Positions 51,972 to 64,000 of a stretch of DNA of 64,000 nucleotides are shown here, in pieces. Below the pieces are notes generated by a model. That model had not been told where the DNA came from. It was given only the letters and a program-made list of their open reading frames with translations, and ran no database searches. The DNA is from Gekko japonicus (taxonomy: Eukaryota). The stretch spans positions 662,694-726,693 of the forward strand of contig NW_015173687.1 in NCBI RefSeq assembly GCF_001447785.1, in the 5' to 3' direction. Made by a program: the position numbers and the translations under genes. Numbering within the stretch: the first letter of the stretch is position 1; every line of letters begins with the position of its first letter.

Positions 51972-52662
51972 TCTTGCAGCTCTTCACTCCTGAGGCGGCT
52001 CGTCGATGTTGACTCATGCCTTGCCTCTGACCATTTGGAATGGTGGTCACACGCTGTGTGACATCAGTGGGTTCTTGTGTTCCACTTTGGATTCTGTTCT
52101 GCTTTATTGTGCCCAGGTTCCCAAGATGGTGGAACAAAAGGGAGGGAGAGCATGGCAGGAAACTTGGGGCCCCCTGTAGAACCTCAAGCTCATAACTGCG
52201 GGAGAATTAGATAGGCACCCCGAGGAGCAGATTTGAGGTACCATAGAAGAGCAAGACATCTTTACTATAATTTCCCACCCCAAAACTCATCTTTTCCATT
52301 AAGATTTTGGTCTCTGTCGCCTTCTGAGCCTGCATACATGGGACTGGAAGTGTGCATTCTCTCTCCCCTCTGGTTTATTTCATTTAAGTATGACATATCC
52401 TGCTTTTCAAATAACAGTTGTCTGCCAACATGGCTCACATCAATGACGTGACAGCAGCACCAAGGCTTAGAAACTAAACAGACAAAATATACAGAGGTAG
52501 TGCAGAAGGAGGGTGGCATACATGATTCTTCTCCATCCTTACTGCCAGGTAGGTTGGGTGGTGAGAGAGTGACCAGTTCATGGTTACCCAGAAAGCTTCA
52601 CATCAGAACAGGGATCTGAAATCAAGTGTAGCCCCACATTTGAACTGCTACAACCATAAAGA

Positions 52663-52935
52663 TAGATCAAAGTGGGCAGCCATGTTGGTCTGAAGCAATA
52701 GAACAAAGTTAGCGTCCAGTGGCACCTTTAAGGCAAACAAAGTTTTATTCAAGAATGACAAGCTTGGTTTCTTTTTATCTGTTAAAAACACTTCACTATT
52801 TTGCATGCTAATTTAACAAGCCACCCTATATATATACAAGTATGATTTGTAATTCTATTCATTGTCTGACAAAGTGTGCGTGCACACGAAAGCGCACACC
52901 TTGAATAAAACTTTGTTTGTCTTAAAGGTGCAATA
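52663..52935. mobile_element. Penelope-like element remnant with short inverted arms
   Basis: Inverted arms 52722-52753/52900-52931 and a degenerate hammerhead-like motif CTGACAAAGTGTGCGTGCACACGAAAG. Confidence 0.75.
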
Positions 52936-53959
52936 CTGGTTAATCTTCCTTTGTCTTTCGGTGTTTTCCTGAAAGGGTGCAATCTTCCAGGAGCCCTAGT
53001 AGGCCCTCTAACTGGTGGCTGAGGCCAGCGTTCTTTCTCCTCACACAGTCTGCAGTTTATCTTTTCCTCCATCTTCCTTCCCAGCATTCCAATTTAGATT
53101 GGAAGCTCTTCCGGGCAGGGATCTGTCTTCTTTTGGACTGTTCAGGCATTTTCAGACATCTAGACCAGATACAGCTCAATGCAGTCCCTGCACCTCACCT
53201 ATTAAAAGTCCCTTCCCTTTGACAGCACAGTCTAGGCAAGCTTCTCTCTCCAAATTTCTCTATGGAGGGGAGCTGGTGGTTGGATCTTCCAGAGCTGTTT
53301 TGCAATCTGCAGCACTTTTCTCTGGTTGAGGGAAAGCACCAGTTATTAGTGGACTGGGTCCACAGAATCCATCCCAGGGATCTACAGCTTTGGAGAATGA
53401 CCAGCTTGATAGCCAAAACTGTTCTTAAGTCCAGGGTTTGTAAAGGAGTAAGCTTGCATGCCATGTGCAGGTAGGGCAAACATGCCTTTTTATCTGTTGC
53501 TCTATAAAACACCCTCCCAACTGATACACCAAGGGCTCCTGGATCCAGTGTGCCGAGGAAGAGTGTGTGATATTTTCTGTACAAGGAATTCAGAAATTAT
53601 GATTACAGGAAACCCCTGCACCAAGCGAGAACTTGCCCCAGGTTATGTGTAACTAATGCTCCCTCTGCTATGGAGTCTTGTGAGGAAAAATTCTGCTTTG
53701 TGAGCCACTGGCATTAAAGTTGTGAGCAGCGATTTGGCTACTGCATAAATTAGTTTGCTCTGGAGCCATCCTTTCTGAACAGGGAAAGTGGCCCGAGTAC
53801 ACGCGGAAGCCCTGCACATCGCAGGCCCCCCCCCCCCCACAGGAACGAAATCCATGTAATACCTTTTATTAGGAACAACCACATTGACACAAAACAAGGA
53901 TCGAGACTCTTTAGGGTTACGTTGTTAAAAAAGGAGACTGGTCTCCTTTAAGGCTGAGC

Positions 53960-54120
53960 GCAACACGCCTCCCTCCTCTGTGCGCGCCCCCTCCCCGCGC
54001 AGGCGTTTGCGGACTGAGCCAGATAGCGGTTGAAGGCAGCACCTGCAAGGCCGTGACGTCACTCGCCGTCCCGCCTTCTGGTTTAACCGACAACTTCCGG
54101 TGAAAACTGCCAAGATGCTC
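53960..54120. promoter_or_regulatory. Small CpG-rich promoter (STPG3 and/or upstream ZMYND19 promoter)
   Basis: NRF1-like GCGCAGGCG, palindromic CRE GTGACGTCAC 54053-54062, ETS/GABPA ACTTCCGG 54093-54100. Confidence 0.6.
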
Positions 54121-54159
54121 TAGATGCTGTACAGTGGCGCTTCTCTAGGCCTTCATATC

Positions 54160-54274
54160 ATTATGGCAAAAGCAGCCTCTACGTAACACCAAATATGTAT
54201 ATGCATATATGTGTGTTACACACATATATGTATATACATATTTGGTGTTACGTAGAGGCTGCTTTTGCCATAAT
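54160..54274. repeat. 115-bp near-perfect palindrome
   Basis: 57-bp arms around centre 54217, with a single G-T mismatch (54203/54231). Confidence 0.95.
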
Positions 54275-54788
54275 TATATATACACACACACACATACGTA
54301 TATATACGTGTATATACGTGTATATACACACACCGAGGTAAGTGATTTTCAACACCCACACCTAATACGTATAATATGTAATGTTATAAATACGTAAATA
54401 CTTGAAATAGTTAAGTAACTGTAATTGAATACAGAAGCCGGCTTTCAAATCTTTTTGTTACCATTTCAAAGGACGGAACAATTCAGAGCATTGCTGTATT
54501 TTTTCGGCATGCTGAGCTTATTTGTTTGAATATATATTTATATTACAACCATATAGAATATAGAAAGGAGTGTGGCGATTTATTTGATTTTAGTAAAAAA
54601 TCTTGCGTTTATTACAAAAAGCCAGTGTCCATTAATCTTGGAGGCGAGCCAGCAGAAAGCGATGAGCATTGAGACCGTCTTCCTCCACTCTATTAAAAAA
54701 AACCCTCGCAGGGTCGTGACGTCACTTATCCGCCGGCCTCACGTGATCTTGTATTTAGTGCGTCATCGCGGCGCTGCCGAGTTCTGAT

Positions 54789-54808
54789 CGCGCGCGCGCG
54801 CGCGCGCG
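54789..54808. repeat. (CG)10 microsatellite
   Basis: Direct read. Confidence 0.95.
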
Positions 54809-55064
54809 AGGTAGAGAGCGCGCGAGACGGTCGAGGAATGAGTGACGCCAGAGTGCGGCTCGCGCTGCGATTGGCTTGCGAGACTAAGGGTTGGCGGCGG
54901 CGGTGGTGTGTGCGGCCCCGCCCCCTTCCCTCCTCGGGCGTGCGCGAGGCGGCGGCGCGTGGCAGGGGCAGCGGCGTCTCCGTCTGCGACTCCCCTCTTC
55001 CCTTCCCCTCCCCCCTCCTCTCCTCCTTTTTTTCTCTCCTCTTTTTCCCTGACAGGCTAAGGCC

Positions 55065-61207
<6,143 letters not shown>

Positions 61208-62348
61208 CTGGCTAGCCGAGGCCTTAGCCCCACGGGCACCTTCCTAGAGGGCAAGGGGAGGTGTCTGCTTTGCACAGACTGCTCACTTGAAGCCAGAGGC
61301 ACTGACAACAGAAAAATTTTTACAAACCAACCCCTGTGATGCTTGAGGAAAGGGACTGGCTTTCCCCTTCCAGTGTTAGTCTCAAGCAAAAAAGACTACT
61401 GGGGAAGTTCTCCTGGCAGGAAGCTTCCCGTTATTTATATGTTAATATGTTTGTAAACTTGTGTACAGTTTTTTTGTTAGCAGTTCTCTTATATAGGACT
61501 CATTTACTGTAATGTTCAGGTGAGAACACATTGTTGGTCGAAATAACTGTCCTGTAGCGAAAGCTTTTCCTCTCCCTGTGGCTGGGAGAAGGCCGGGGAG
61601 CTAGCTCAGACATCAGCAGTTAATCTGAACAACTCTGCATGGAAGCTGTTTTCAAGTAAAGGATTGGAATGGATTGGCTGCCTTCTTACTCTTAGTTGGT
61701 GTGAAAATGGTCAGTATTTGGAGACCCCATTTGCTACTGCTGAGCAACTCAGCTTCTGTGTCTTCACATGCCATTGTCCCAACCTCTTCTCACCACTAAT
61801 CTATTATATCTCCTGATGCTAGCACATTGGCCTAAGATGACACAGGCAGTGGCAGAGTGTGTTTGCAAGCCTCAGTGAGCAGCCCCTAAAAATGAGCAGT
61901 TACTCTTGCTGCTCCCTTGACAACTAAAAAGGGTACAGCCCTTATTGGCGTATTCAGGTTGTGTGGGTAAGCTGTCATTGCCCAGGGTTTCGCCTCTGTC
62001 CCATGTGCTACTGTAATAATTAAAGTAGATGGAGAAGTACTCCCCTTGGTCACTGACCTTCAGATTTGTAATTCTCTTTTTATGGACACCTTCCAAAGCT
62101 CATATTGCCTTCTGCATGTGGCATGTTTTTATTCAGACCAGATTTTCTGTGGTCAGGGATAGGAGTGAATCATTTAATATACTATATGTTCTTGCCCAAA
62201 GCTTGGGGGTGGGGAGCAGACCAGGCTGTAAGTCTGAGTGTTACAATTTTCTAAAGACAGAAAATGTATCATAGAGTTGTAGGAATGGAATGGTGTTCAT
62301 TTGTCTTCCAGGGCACGTATTGGCAGCTTTGTTTTAAACCAGATGTTC

Positions 62349-62562
62349 CAGTTGTGTTTTGCCATCAAGTTGCAGTAGACTTATTGCAACCCCGTAGAGT
62401 TTTCAAGGCAAGAGACATTCAGATGTGTTTTGTCATCGCCTGGCTCTGTGTAATGGCCCTGGTATTCCTTGGTGGTTTCCCACCCAAGTACTAACCAGGG
62501 CTGACCCTGTTTAGCTTCTGAGATCTGACGGGATCGGGCTAGCCTGGCCCATCCAGGTCAGG
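62349..62562 (-). mobile_element. 5S-derived SINE
   Basis: Reverse complement reads CCCGATCCCGTCAGATCTCAGAAGCTAAACAGGGTCAGCCCTGGTTAGTACTTGGGTGGGAAACC. Confidence 0.8.
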
Positions 62563-64000
62563 TCAGGGCAGCTGAAGTTGTGTGTAGCCCCAGTCTTTTT
62601 CTTGTATCTGAATTCAAATGGCCTGGGTTTATGAAATGTTAGGATACTGTACTTGCCAGGGTAGTAGTAGTTAATACAAATGCATGCTTTAAGCCTTGCC
62701 CCAAGTCCAACTAGTTTCTCGAGTGCCTTGGGCTATAGCTCACAGCTGAAATAGGGGATGCGTCCAATGCCAGATATTTCTACACAGGAAATGCATAAAA
62801 GTGCATGTATGTGCTGACTACAGTGTGGATCAAAGGCAGATAAGGCCAGGTGAATCCATTTCTGGGGCCAAAGCTCTTTTGCAGCAGGTGGGTAAAATCT
62901 GGCCCAAGGAGTACCACTTGGTGTCCTAGTTGCCAGCTTTTATGCAAGAGACCCATGAGAAAGGACTGATAAACAGAAGTGTTGGCAACCCCCATTCTGG
63001 GAAGTGGGGCTCTGGCTGGCCCCACTCCATCACCTTCTCAAAGTGGTGCTTGAAGAAGAGTTGCTTACCAATGCCTCCGTGTCACTATTGCATAGTATTT
63101 GAGGTACTCATGACTTGGAATGGGCTATGGTTGTATATTGTACTTTTAATTGGAGGCTTTTTTAAAAAAATCCCTCCCCCCAAAAAAACCCTTAGCCTAA
63201 TCTTGCAAAACTTTTGGGGTTTCCCCAGTGCACTTAAATCTGCCTAAAATCTTGTGGAATTACAATGGCTGGCCACTATCCAAAGCATTATATGGGTGTG
63301 TGTGTTCAGCTGCTTTAGATATTCCAATGCATTGAATAGAATAGCTGTTGAAAAACAAGTCACAGAATAAGAGAGACTTGAGACTTCAGACATCATTTTG
63401 TTATGAAGCATCCACCCATGCTTTTGGGTTCATGGCAAAACACCTGTTGCTGTTTAACCCTATCATTTGAAATGTGCAGGCTTGAGGCATATTATCCTGT
63501 CTGTATACATAGAAGTGCACACTGTGGGTTCGGTTTCTAGAAACATAAGCGCTGGATGGGACTTTATGGGTTATCTAGTCCAGCTCCCTGCCCAAAGCAG
63601 GATATTCACAACTACCTCCCCCCATAAATGGAAGTATGCTAAACCACCAAAAGTGGCCTTTGAAAAATAGAAGCAAATGTATCCCAATCAACGTTTGGCC
63701 AGTAGTAAAATAGTTATTTTCTGTAGTTGTTTGTAGTGCCAACTTAACGTTTATTGAAGTAACTCTGCTTGACAAACTACTGTTATTTAAGAGCATGAAT
63801 ACACCTACATAGTGGCCTATAATTTTTCTGGGTATGACTACTAGTATGTAATTTCACCATTCTTTTAAATTTAATATTTCCCCCCCATGTGAGGACTTGG
63901 TGTTCAAATTTATACCTCCGTGTGAATAGGACAGCAGGTGTTACACCTTTAGGTATCGGCCGAGGCTCCTTTTTCAGATATGCAGGTGCAAGCAATTTTT

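Overview
Vertebrate genomic DNA from a squamate, most likely a gecko. This is inferred from Squam3-like, Squam2-like and Sauria SINEs, BovB, and squamate Penelope and CR1 repeats. The window has three N-gaps. Four spliced protein-coding genes can be reconstructed exon by exon: (1) LRSAM1, minus strand, ATG at 27975, 18 coding exons visible, one internal exon missing and probably in an N-gap, 3' end beyond the left edge; (2) RPL12, plus strand, complete, 165 aa, head-to-head with LRSAM1, hosting SNORA65 and a second intact SNORA65 paralogue; (3) an STPG3-like sperm-tail PGP-repeat gene, minus strand, convergent with RPL12; (4) ZMYND19, plus strand, complete, 227 aa. Introns are rich in transposable elements. 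The most notable structures are: a young Penelope-like insertion with 183-bp inverted pseudo-LTRs, a target-site duplication (TSD), a GIY-YIG fragment and hammerhead-ribozyme-like motifs lying in the LRSAM1 pre-mRNA; a SINE-head/BovB chimera inserted as one unit into a 5S-derived SINE; an L1 fragment splitting the LRSAM1/RPL12 bidirectional promoter; a 115-bp near-perfect palindrome and a (CG)10 tract in the STPG3/ZMYND19 promoter region; and an intronic pseudoknot with HDV-like topology. Gene and repeat identifications come from recalled homology, not database searches.
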